From a bacterium (GTDB lineage: Bacteria; Zhuqueibacterota; Zhuqueibacteria; Residuimicrobiales; Krinioviventaceae): DNA of 64,000 nucleotides. Made by a program: the position numbers and the translations under genes. This document shows positions 37,334 to 46,889 of the stretch, piece by piece (within the stretch, counting starts at the first letter, position 1; the number at the start of each line of letters is the position of its first letter). A model generated the notes under the pieces. The model saw nothing but the letters and a program-made list of their open reading frames with translations. It ran no database searches and was not told the DNA's origin. Location of the stretch: the NCBI GenBank assembly GCA_963675755.2, contig CAXXMD010000002.1, forward strand, positions 1,856,001-1,920,000. Reading direction: 5' to 3'.

Positions 37334-37984
37334 TTAAATAAAAAACTGCTTCCATGATTTCAAAACATTCTCAATGGCAAACCATCCACTGCTATCCAGA
37401 TGCTTTAATACGGTAGGCTGCGATATAGGAGGATTCCACAATTTTGCAATTTTTTCCTGAGTCAATCCCTGTATTGCACCGGTTACTGCAAGGGCCTGCT
37501 TGGCTGTCCAGCCTTTGATTATTGCATCCAGCAGTCGGAACGCGGCATCCATCAGGGATGCTTGATTCTGGTCAGAAATATAACGCAAATAAACGCCGCG
37601 CGGCATTTTTTCCAGGGCCTTGCCGGAATCCCGAAAAGCCTGTCCGTCGCTTTCAGAAACGCGATTACCGATAAAATCCACAGTACCTGTAGCAATCACA
37701 ATGCGGGAATCCAGCTTGCGGTTTTGCATAGTGGATTTTAAATACGCTCTAAAATAGACGGCAATTTCCAGAGCGTGCTCCGGCTTTTCAATCAGCATCT
37801 GCCAGCTGTCCCCACGAAAGATATCAATATCCATAGGTACAGCGTCGCTCCAAAAAGCCCGGATCTCTTGCGAGGCTTTGTGCATCACGCCGAGAAGCTT
37901 TTCGCGGTCCTGACGCTCAAGCTTGGATGAACCGACAATATCGCCTGTCAGTACAGCATATATTTTTTCGGATGGTTGATTCAT
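37334..37984 (-). CDS. SatD family protein (cyclase-like palm domain + C-terminal HTH)
   Basis: AVLTGDIVGSS, FRGDSWQ, DGQAF..SG..LE; TQEKIAKLW...SQPTV HTH. Confidence 0.8.
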   Translation of the reverse strand: MNQPSEKIYAVLTGDIVGSSKLERQDREKLLGVMHKASQEIRAFWSDAVPMDIDIFRGDSWQMLIEKPEHALEIAVYFRAYLKSTMQNRKLDSRIVIATGTVDFIGNRVSESDGQAFRDSGKALEKMPRGVYLRYISDQNQASLMDAAFRLLDAIIKGWTAKQALAVTGAIQGLTQEKIAKLWNPPISQPTVLKHLDSSGWFAIENVLKSWKQFFI

Positions 37985-38307
37985 GCTCTCTCTCTATAAT
38001 TAAGATAAAATATAAAGTAAAATAAACAAAATCAAATACTATCTCTGTTTTTTTACCATCCATTTTGTTAATAAACAGACAACCAGAAAATTGGGGCTAT
38101 AATTTAAACGATAATTTTTAATAGGGAATAATGCACATTAATTGAAACATTTCAATATATAAAATTAATATCAATTTCACTTGATTTTCATCACATTTCT
38201 ATTAATTTCTAAATATCCTTTTGTTAAACATTGGCGGGAACCACAGGGACACTTGCAAACAGGATGATCCAAAGCTTAAAATTCACCTAACCCATTAAAG
38301 GGGTATA

Positions 38308-39081
38308 ATGCGCTGGCAAATACTGTACATGGTGTACTTTATTCTCATGCCTACTATCATGTTTCTCCTGCCATCATCCGGGTTACATGATATAACCCTT
38401 GCTTCAAGTATTATTTTATTATTGTTTATCACTCCATTTGATCGATTACGTTCGTTCCGCAACGCACTTGAAATGATTGTATTATTTTTCATACTCAATT
38501 TCATATATCGCAAATCGGGATTATACCAGGTATATTTTATTACTCATATAATCACTCTGGTTACATTTTATCTTTACATATTCAAGATCAAAAAATTAAA
38601 GCCGGTCATTGACATTTTCAAAGCAGGCAAAATTAAAGGTTCTATACTGCTCAGTTTAGTGTTTGCACTATTATCAGTAACGGGATTGGTGTTGTGGTAC
38701 ATCAATCAACCAGGGAATCCGCATGAGCAATATATGCCAAACCTTCCGATATACATTCTGCCGGTACTGGGAGTGCTTTTTGCTCTGCTGAACAGTTTGT
38801 TTGAAGAGACTATCTTTAGGGGAATTCTACTCCCCTGTTTTAATAAAGCAACAGGCTGGATTCCTGCAGTAATCATGCAGGCAATCTGGTTTAGTTTTTT
38901 ACATTATCAGGCAGGATTTCCATCCGGCATTGCTGGAATTTTTCTGACTTTAGCTTTTGCCATCATGATGGTTGTATTATTAAAACGTACCGGAGGATTA
39001 CTTTTACCGGTTATTGTTCATGCCATTGCAGATTTTTCCATATTTCTTATGATATTGGCAAGAAATTATCAAATCATTTAA
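38308..39081 (+). CDS. CPBP (CAAX/Abi) intramembrane glutamic endopeptidase
   Basis: EETIFRG, FSFLH, VHAIAD motifs in a multi-TM protein. Confidence 0.85.
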   Translation: MRWQILYMVYFILMPTIMFLLPSSGLHDITLASSIILLLFITPFDRLRSFRNALEMIVLFFILNFIYRKSGLYQVYFITHIITLVTFYLYIFKIKKLKPVIDIFKAGKIKGSILLSLVFALLSVTGLVLWYINQPGNPHEQYMPNLPIYILPVLGVLFALLNSLFEETIFRGILLPCFNKATGWIPAVIMQAIWFSFLHYQAGFPSGIAGIFLTLAFAIMMVVLLKRTGGLLLPVIVHAIADFSIFLMILARNYQII

Positions 39082-39098
39082 ATGATTGGGAGATTGTT

Positions 39099-42000
39099 AT
39101 GAAAATCAAATTGCAGATCATAATTCTTTTATTATTACTTGTGGCACAAGTCATGTTTGCTGAACAACAACACCCCGCACCCTATCCGGAATACTCGCAA
39201 TTTTTATTGAGCAAAAAAAATCCAACTCTTCCCAATACAGAGGGTTACCTGGTGGAATTAAAAGATGAAATGCAAATTGGCGGTAACAATGTCATGTTCA
39301 CCTTGTATGATCAGTATGTGCTGACAATAGAAGGTCCCAATTTGATTGTTTTGGATGCACAATTTCCGGATGTTCCTCAAATCCTGTCTAAAACAAAAAT
39401 TTCCACTTCGATTATCAAATACATTGTTGTGATAGATAACAATGCACTGGTGCTTTCAGAATATGATGGAATTTATATTGTTGACATGTCCACGCCTCTA
39501 ACTCCACAGGTTACAGGGAACTTTACAATAGACGCCTATTCTATACACAAGGCATTTTATGATGACAATTATCTCTATATTGGCAATACGGATGGCTTTG
39601 ACATTTATGATGTATCTGACCTGACAAATCCCCAATATGTTACGTATATCCATGGTGATTATAGAGATAGTTGGTATAAAAACAAAACTCTGTTCATTTT
39701 GGAAAGACGCAGCGTCAAGATTTATGATGTGAACGACCCCAGTTCCCCTCAACTTTTAACTATAATTGACCTGGAATCTACATATAATTACATGGTTCGG
39801 GTAGAAGGCAATTATTTATATGCCATGGACAACAATTTGTTACGAATATATGATATCAGTAATCTTGCGGATGTTCAACAAACATCGATTGTGGATCTTG
39901 GCAGCGGTCACGCCAAAGCTATAGCAGTTAATAATGACAGATTGTTTATAGCGGAAAATGAACACATTACCATTTGTGATATATCTGATATCAACAATCC
40001 TGCAATAATAACTTCACTTCTTGAACGCGGAAACCCTGTCAATCTGAACATGAATGGAAATTATCTTTATGCGGCATTAGAGACCCGGGGATTCAAAGCC
40101 TATGATGCGACTGATGCTGATACATTAATCCAGACTGCAGAGTGGAAAAGTGTGCTTCCAACCGTAGGGAATTTAACCATAAATCAAGATCAACTCTATA
40201 CTACAGCTTATTTCGATGGTTGGTCAATATTTGATATTCAAAGCCCCGGTAATCCTGTATTACTCTCTAATTATAACAATGGCTTTATATCAGATTTAAT
40301 TTTCCCGTATAATAATTATCTATATGCAGAATACAGTGGAACATGTCACATTGTAAATATTACTGATCCCTATACTCCACAATTTGAAAATATATTTGCC
40401 ACAGATTACTCTAATTATATATCAGATATTAACGCGTATGGTGATTATCTCTACTTTTTAATGGACCCCAAAGGGATCAAGGTATACAATATTGCGAATC
40501 CTGCTACACCCGTGTGGGTTACTGAATCCAATGAAACCGGTTACGATCCAGCAGCCTCTACCGTAATATATCCATATTTATATGTTGCAGATAGAAATAT
40601 AGGATTCTATTTATATGACATTTCTGACCCAACAAATCCTGTAAAAAGTACGATCATACCTATGGATGATAATGCAAATGATATTGCAGTATATGATCAA
40701 TACATATATGTAGTCAAAAGATATTCAAAATATATTAGCATTATTGACACCAGTACACCCCTTGTTCCGGTTGTCATAGACAGTTTTGAAACCGGATTGG
40801 ATTATCCCTGGTGCTGTCATATTGCAAACGGTGTATTATATATTGGAGGTTTGCAGAGTATGCAGGCATTTGACTTGTCTGATCCGTTAAACCCACAAAT
40901 TGCCCTAGAAAAGACACGTATCTCCGGTGGCGTGACCAGCATCTCATCTCAAGATAACATGTTGTATGTAGGATGCGATGAATTAGGATTACTGGTATAT
41001 AGAGTTGAACAAAAAGAAATTTCACCAGGAATTCGTGTTACCAACACCAATGATTCAGGTTCTGGTAGTTTACGCGCCGCAATAGAATTAGCCAATAAAA
41101 ATGCCGGGCCCGACACCATTCGCTTTGCAATACCCTTTAGTGATGGAAGCTATGATGAAGATGGTTTTTGGCAGATTTATACATATTCAGCATTACCTGA
41201 AATTACAGATGACAGCCTGGTAATATTAGGAAACTCGCAAAAGGAATTTTTAGAAAACGATCCCAATCCGCTAGGACCTGAAATTGCAATCGCAGGGCAA
41301 GCGCTTCCTGATGAATATATCAGTTGTTTTTCAATTTTAGCTGACGGTGTAGAAATCTCCGGATTGGATATTTATCGCTTTCCCGGTGCTGGTATATTTG
41401 CAAGAAATGTGAAAGATTTAAAAATCACAGAATGCTATATAGGGCTAGACCCAAATGGATTTTTTAACGGAGCTAATAAAGAGGGCATTCATCTATGGGA
41501 GAATTGTAGTAACTGTATTATTGGTGAAGAAGGAAAAGGAAATGTGATTTGCGACAATGATGATTCAGGAATATTCCTCTCAACTTTTTGCTCATCAAAC
41601 ATTATCCGAAACAATCAAATTGGTTATTCAAATGTAATAAATAAAGTAAAAGGAAACCATGTTGCAGGCATTTCAATTGAAGGCAGCTCAAGTTCCAATC
41701 AGGTCATTGATAATATTATATGTGATAACTTTAATGGGATCCAAATAGTCAACAGTGATAGTACCACAATCGAGTACAACCGTATTGGCAGTCTGGAAGA
41801 TTTGGAAAACGACTGGGGTAATGAAGAAAACGGTATCTCAATTTTTGGAGATTCAAAAAATACACGTGTGTATTATAATCTCATTGCCTTTAATGACAAA
41901 TACGGAATAGAAGTAGGAAATGAAGGTGCAATATATAACACACTCACTGAAAACTCGATTACCCAGAACAATGAATCAGGTATTATGATCCATTGGGGTG

Positions 42001-42569
42001 GTAACCGTGAACTTGCCCCACCAGAACTGGTTTCTTTAATTGAGGATGTTATAACCGGCAATGCTGGTCCGGGTAACACTGTTGAATTGTACAATGATCC
42101 GGCAGATCAGGGTAGAGTATATCTGGGCTCGGCTATTGCAGACGCCGGTGGTGCATTTACTTTTGCCCTTGAAGATACACTCGAATTTACAAATGTAAAT
42201 GCCATTGCCATTGACGACAGCGGCAATACATCTGCATTCTCGGAAAGCATTCAAACCGCAATTACCAAATCTGAAACAAAAGCGGTTCCCACGCATTACG
42301 CGTTGGAACAAAACTATCCCAATCCTTTTAATGCCGGTACACGTATCCCCTATCTACTCAAAGAAAACAGCCAGGTTACGCTGACAATCTATAACATTAC
42401 CGGACAAAAAGTACGCGCGCTGTTAAATACAGTACAACAGGCTGGCTTTCATGAAATCCATTGGGATGGCAAGTCCGATGCCGGATTAGATTTGCCTTCA
42501 GGCACATACATCATACTTTTTAAAGCGAATGATTTCAACCAGCAGCAAAAGCTGTTATATCTTAAATAA
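39099..42569 (+). CDS. Secreted LVIVD-repeat + parallel beta-helix protein with T9SS CTD
   Basis: Many IYD(V/I)SDP repeats; VTNTNDSGSGSLRAAI..AN; GI...N.I..N.I beta-helix repeats; QNYPNPFN CTD. Confidence 0.85.
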   Translation: MKIKLQIIILLLLLVAQVMFAEQQHPAPYPEYSQFLLSKKNPTLPNTEGYLVELKDEMQIGGNNVMFTLYDQYVLTIEGPNLIVLDAQFPDVPQILSKTKISTSIIKYIVVIDNNALVLSEYDGIYIVDMSTPLTPQVTGNFTIDAYSIHKAFYDDNYLYIGNTDGFDIYDVSDLTNPQYVTYIHGDYRDSWYKNKTLFILERRSVKIYDVNDPSSPQLLTIIDLESTYNYMVRVEGNYLYAMDNNLLRIYDISNLADVQQTSIVDLGSGHAKAIAVNNDRLFIAENEHITICDISDINNPAIITSLLERGNPVNLNMNGNYLYAALETRGFKAYDATDADTLIQTAEWKSVLPTVGNLTINQDQLYTTAYFDGWSIFDIQSPGNPVLLSNYNNGFISDLIFPYNNYLYAEYSGTCHIVNITDPYTPQFENIFATDYSNYISDINAYGDYLYFLMDPKGIKVYNIANPATPVWVTESNETGYDPAASTVIYPYLYVADRNIGFYLYDISDPTNPVKSTIIPMDDNANDIAVYDQYIYVVKRYSKYISIIDTSTPLVPVVIDSFETGLDYPWCCHIANGVLYIGGLQSMQAFDLSDPLNPQIALEKTRISGGVTSISSQDNMLYVGCDELGLLVYRVEQKEISPGIRVTNTNDSGSGSLRAAIELANKNAGPDTIRFAIPFSDGSYDEDGFWQIYTYSALPEITDDSLVILGNSQKEFLENDPNPLGPEIAIAGQALPDEYISCFSILADGVEISGLDIYRFPGAGIFARNVKDLKITECYIGLDPNGFFNGANKEGIHLWENCSNCIIGEEGKGNVICDNDDSGIFLSTFCSSNIIRNNQIGYSNVINKVKGNHVAGISIEGSSSSNQVIDNIICDNFNGIQIVNSDSTTIEYNRIGSLEDLENDWGNEENGISIFGDSKNTRVYYNLIAFNDKYGIEVGNEGAIYNTLTENSITQNNESGIMIHWGGNRELAPPELVSLIEDVITGNAGPGNTVELYNDPADQGRVYLGSAIADAGGAFTFALEDTLEFTNVNAIAIDDSGNTSAFSESIQTAITKSETKAVPTHYALEQNYPNPFNAGTRIPYLLKENSQVTLTIYNITGQKVRALLNTVQQAGFHEIHWDGKSDAGLDLPSGTYIILFKANDFNQQQKLLYLK

Positions 42570-42575
42570 AACCTT

Positions 42576-42610
42576 AAAACAGCCTGTAGAGTAATTCTGC
42601 AGGCTGTTTT
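42576..42610 (+). terminator. Rho-independent terminator
   Basis: AAAACAGCCTGTAGA...TCTGCAGGCTGTTTT. Confidence 0.75.
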
Positions 42611-42715
42611 CACACTCTACTGCAATTTACTCACCCATACAAAATATGGTTTTCAATATAGAAATATGCCGAATAGGCTTCATGTTTTTAATATATAACC
42701 ATCTTGGAGGTAAAC

Positions 42716-43678
42716 ATGAAAGCCGCAAAAATATTGGGCAGTATTGTTCTGGTCCTGATTTTGTTCGTATTGGGAGCATTATTTTATATAACACAAACAT
42801 ATCCAAAAGTTGGCCCAGCACCGGATATCCATGTACAATCCACACCTGAACAGATTGAACATGGAAAATATCTGGCCAATCATGTAGCGGTTTGTATGGA
42901 CTGCCATTCAACCCGGCAATGGGAATTCTATGCCGGTCCACCCAAAGACAATACTCTGGGAATTGGAGGTGATCGTTTTGATGAAGCTTTTGGCACGGTT
43001 TACGCTAAAAACATAACACCTGCTGCAATTGGAGATTGGACAGATGGAGAAATTTTGCGGGCAATTACATCCGGTGTGGACAAAAACGGAGAATATATTT
43101 CACCCGTTATGCCGCATGAGCTCTATAATCAAATGGCGGAAAAAGATTTATTGTCCATTATTGCCTATATTAGAACATTAGATTCTATTGAAAAAGAAAT
43201 CCCGGAACGGAGTATAAAGCCTCCATTTAACCTTATATTTCGTACGCTACCCAAACCCTATAAAACCATATCCAAACCGGATACATCCAACATGATTGCA
43301 TATGGAGAATACCTGGCAACGGTAGCAGGCTGCAATTTCTGTCACACTCCCATGGAAAAGGGCAAGCTTGTTACAGAGATGACGTTTGCCGGTGGACATG
43401 AATTCATTTTGCCGTGGGGAATTGTACGCACATCCAATATTACCCCGGATGAGGATACGGGTATTGGTGCATGGGACGAAGACGACTTTGTGATGCGTTT
43501 TCAGGGCTATGCGGATCCGGTAATGCATCGTTTACCTGTTGCCCAGGGAGAGTTTAACACGCTAATGCCCTGGACCATGTATGCCGGGATGCAAGAACAG
43601 GACCTGCGGGCTATATACAAATACCTCAGAACAGTAAAACCCGTAGCAAATAGTGTTGAAAAATTTGAGAAAAAATAA
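42716..43678 (+). CDS. Membrane-anchored diheme cytochrome c
   Basis: CMDCH and CNFCH heme motifs; NITP...G(I)G.W; MP ligands; GGAGG RBS. Confidence 0.9.
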   Translation: MKAAKILGSIVLVLILFVLGALFYITQTYPKVGPAPDIHVQSTPEQIEHGKYLANHVAVCMDCHSTRQWEFYAGPPKDNTLGIGGDRFDEAFGTVYAKNITPAAIGDWTDGEILRAITSGVDKNGEYISPVMPHELYNQMAEKDLLSIIAYIRTLDSIEKEIPERSIKPPFNLIFRTLPKPYKTISKPDTSNMIAYGEYLATVAGCNFCHTPMEKGKLVTEMTFAGGHEFILPWGIVRTSNITPDEDTGIGAWDEDDFVMRFQGYADPVMHRLPVAQGEFNTLMPWTMYAGMQEQDLRAIYKYLRTVKPVANSVEKFEKK

Positions 43679-43713
43679 TATCTTTTACAAAATCTGAAAA
43701 AGACAGGATTAAA

Positions 43714-44163
43714 ATGACAACGACAACGGTAAAAGAACTGATTGAACTGAAAAACTTTGCGGTAGTAGGCGTTTCGCGCAGTGGTAAAAACTTTGGCAAC
43801 AAGATTTTTAAAGACATGGCTGAAAAAGGATTCAACATGTTTGCGGTAAACAGCAATGGCGGCCAATGGGAAGAGGTAACCCTCTATACCGGTTTAGATA
43901 CACTCCCCGAACCGGTAGATGCGGTGATAACTGTTGTACCTCCCGAAGTGACTGAACAGATCGTACGCCAGGCACATGATCTGGGCATCAATTATATCTG
44001 GATGCAGGTAGGTTCAGAATCATCAGATGCGATCCGTTTTTGTGAGGAAAACGACATCCATTTTATAGCCAACCAATGTATTCTCATGTATGCACCACCA
44101 GTCACGGGCTCTCACAAGGTGCATTCCTGGTTCTGGAAGTTATTTGGAAAATATGAAAAATAA
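43714..44163 (+). CDS. CoA-binding protein (YccU-like)
   Basis: AVVGVSR; VDAVITVVPP; IWMQ.G; C-terminal ..CI. Confidence 0.85.
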   Translation: MTTTTVKELIELKNFAVVGVSRSGKNFGNKIFKDMAEKGFNMFAVNSNGGQWEEVTLYTGLDTLPEPVDAVITVVPPEVTEQIVRQAHDLGINYIWMQVGSESSDAIRFCEENDIHFIANQCILMYAPPVTGSHKVHSWFWKLFGKYEK

Positions 44164-44285
44164 CCGGAAATATATCCAATCTTTTGCAACAATGGTATAA
44201 TTGTTGATTACAATACCATAAACCTGGCAATACCGGGTTACCCGATTTTATTGCAGCAAACAGATTCAAAACGCAAAGGATTATT

Positions 44286-44978
44286 ATGGCTAAACATATT
44301 GGAATTGTTGCTTGCAGCGCAGAAGGTGCTGCGCTATGCTATCAGACCTTGTGCCGCGAGGCCCCTGCATATATGGGTGAACATATGCACCCGCAAATCA
44401 GTATGCATACACACCCCCTGGGTGAATATATGGAACATATCTATCGTCACAATTGGGAAGGCGTGGTAGAGCTCATGGTCTCTTCATCCCGCAAGCTTGC
44501 AGCATGCGGAGCGGATTTTGCCATTTGCCCGGACAATACCATTCATCAGGTTTTCGATAAAGTAGCAGACCGCTCACCTATCCCCTGGCTGCACATTGTA
44601 CAAGGTGTGGCAACAGTGGCCAAAATACGCGGATTCCGCAAACTGGGAATCACCGGCACCAAATATCTGATGGAAGGACCTGTTTATCCTGAAAAACTGG
44701 AAGAACTGGGCATGCAATGGTCAATACCTGACGGCCCTGACCGCGAAAAGATTAATGATATTATTTTTAAAGAACTGGTTAACGGTATTTTCAAAGAAAA
44801 ATCCCGGTTGTATTTTAACGATGTAATCAAAAAACTCAAAGCAGACGGCTGCGATGCCGTGGTACTGGGTTGTACCGAAATCCCCCTGCTGGTAGACCCG
44901 GATGACTGTCCCCTGCCCGTTCTTGACTCGACACGCCTGCTGGCCCGTGCCGCACTCAAACAGGCACTAGAAGCGTAA
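44286..44978 (+). CDS. Aspartate/glutamate racemase family protein
   Basis: ICPDNTIH and VLGCTEIPLL motifs. Confidence 0.85.
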   Translation: MAKHIGIVACSAEGAALCYQTLCREAPAYMGEHMHPQISMHTHPLGEYMEHIYRHNWEGVVELMVSSSRKLAACGADFAICPDNTIHQVFDKVADRSPIPWLHIVQGVATVAKIRGFRKLGITGTKYLMEGPVYPEKLEELGMQWSIPDGPDREKINDIIFKELVNGIFKEKSRLYFNDVIKKLKADGCDAVVLGCTEIPLLVDPDDCPLPVLDSTRLLARAALKQALEA

Positions 44979-45004
44979 TCCATAATTTTAATATGAAATA
45001 TTCC

Positions 45005-45041
45005 AACCTCCTCAGGGCTTGATTCCTTGGGAGGTTTTTTT
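45005..45041 (+). terminator. Rho-independent terminator
   Basis: AACCTCC...GGAGGTTTTTT. Confidence 0.65.
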
Positions 45042-45262
45042 ATATACACATCTTATTACAATTCATCCTCTTTTTGTAAAAACATCAATAAACAGTTTAA
45101 CTCCTTCGTGTTCTTTGTGGTTTGATTACATTTATAATGTACAAAATCCACACTGATCATATTTTCAGATTAAAAATAATTTTTGCACAAAAATGAATTT
45201 TGTTCATACAAATAATTGTTTTAAAAGTAATTCATTTCTCCAATAATCTGGAGTTATAGATC

Positions 45263-46051
45263 ATGATTAAAACACCCGGCTTTATCATTTTTGCAATACT
45301 GCTATCACTCTCCCTTTCGCTCATGGCGCAGGAAACACCGCATGTTTATGTGAACGGTCTCCGTATTGTAGGCCCCGGACACGGATTAAACGGTTCAGAG
45401 CTTGTGGCTTTCAATCAGCAATCCGGTACTACGTTAGCATTACTTGTTAAAATGCCGAATGACCAAAACATTGTTGAGATTGAGAACCGAAACTGCAGCC
45501 TTGTCGAGTTTACTGACAACAATAACTATAATCTGCTGGATGGTGTTCACTGGGACAGCTTTCCCGATATCTCCAAGGATGGACGCTCTGCGCTGATTGA
45601 GGTTTCCTCAAGGTGTATCCCTTCTGAAAAGGCTACAAAACTACACATAACCGGCAAAATCCAAATGCGTTTGGCTGCCACATCTTTAACCCAAAAGATT
45701 AACAACCTCCTGCTGCAAGCAGGCACAAACGCAACATTTGATCAGGAAACCATTCAGGTAATGAAAGCTCAGATTGATGATGAAAACCTCACCCTGGTTC
45801 TACAGATCAGCCGCGTATTAAAAGATAACATGCAAGACATCCGCTTTTACACCCCCGATGGAAATCCCCTTGAATGTTGGGGACAAGGCTCGTTCAGTTT
45901 TGGGAATGCTGCCCAAATGGAATACAATCTTGATACAAAAACAATCCCCGAATACCTGAATCTGGAAATCGTTATCTGGCAAGAGCTCGAAACTGTGAAT
46001 GTCCCGTTTGATATTGAAACGGAAATGGGCTTTGTAAATAGTCAGCCATAA
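45263..46051 (+). CDS. Hypothetical secreted protein
   Basis: Signal peptide, GGAG RBS. Confidence 0.65.
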   Translation: MIKTPGFIIFAILLSLSLSLMAQETPHVYVNGLRIVGPGHGLNGSELVAFNQQSGTTLALLVKMPNDQNIVEIENRNCSLVEFTDNNNYNLLDGVHWDSFPDISKDGRSALIEVSSRCIPSEKATKLHITGKIQMRLAATSLTQKINNLLLQAGTNATFDQETIQVMKAQIDDENLTLVLQISRVLKDNMQDIRFYTPDGNPLECWGQGSFSFGNAAQMEYNLDTKTIPEYLNLEIVIWQELETVNVPFDIETEMGFVNSQP

Positions 46052-46132
46052 TTTGACATTATCATTTAAAAAAATATATCTGATATATCCCAATCAGGGT
46101 AAACAAAATTATTAATTGAGGAGAAACTGATC

Positions 46133-46765
46133 ATGAATTACTCACATTATCTTAGAACGGGTAATATACCGATACTGGTCCTTGTTTTGTCTTTACTTTT
46201 TCTTGACGCTTTACCGCTTTTTGCAGACGATACAGAAGGCGGAGAAACTCCCCAGGCCGTATTTGATGCAGCTAAACAAGCCGGTTCAGTCAAGGATTTT
46301 AATTCCTTTATAAAACTGGTTGCACCTTCTGAACGTCCCATGCTGGCTTTTGGAACGGATATGGGCGTAGATATGTTTGTCGAGTTCTATGAGGGTGAAA
46401 AAGCAGAAGAGTATAAAAAGAAATATCAGGATATTCAGAAAAAATTCGGCATCAAGGAAGAACAAGAGGATGAAGGTGAAACACTGCAGATTACCAGCGA
46501 AACCCCGCAGGAAGTCATTGACGCACACATGGTTAAACGGGCAAAAAAATTGTATGGTCATGTAGACGCGGTCAACTATATCTCTGAACTATTATCATTC
46601 ATGTTCAGCATGCCCGAAATGGCTGAACAACCGTTTTTTCCATATAACGAACTGTCAAATCTAAACATAGATGGTGATAAAGCTACCGGAACTGCCGGCG
46701 ACAAAGCAGTCAGCTTTATCAAGGAAAACAATCGCTGGTTTTTAACTGCAGGAGTAATGGACTAA
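46133..46765 (+). CDS. Hypothetical secreted protein (NTF2-like ends)
   Basis: Signal peptide; TPQAVF...; IDGDKA...FIKENNRW. Confidence 0.6.
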   Translation: MNYSHYLRTGNIPILVLVLSLLFLDALPLFADDTEGGETPQAVFDAAKQAGSVKDFNSFIKLVAPSERPMLAFGTDMGVDMFVEFYEGEKAEEYKKKYQDIQKKFGIKEEQEDEGETLQITSETPQEVIDAHMVKRAKKLYGHVDAVNYISELLSFMFSMPEMAEQPFFPYNELSNLNIDGDKATGTAGDKAVSFIKENNRWFLTAGVMD

Positions 46766-46889
46766 CAACACTTTGCTCTTTTCCGATACCACTACCATAC
46801 CCTTTCCACTGACTTTCTCCAATGCATTACAACTGATCCAGGTATAATAGAATAATACAAAATCAGCATGTTCTAAATTATCAAAAGGC

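Noticed and set aside
38232-38280. GGCGGGAACCACAGGG as a ZTP riboswitch fragment
   Set aside because: The flanking P1 stem and 3' GCCTGGGC pseudoknot element are absent, and the downstream gene is not purine/folate related.
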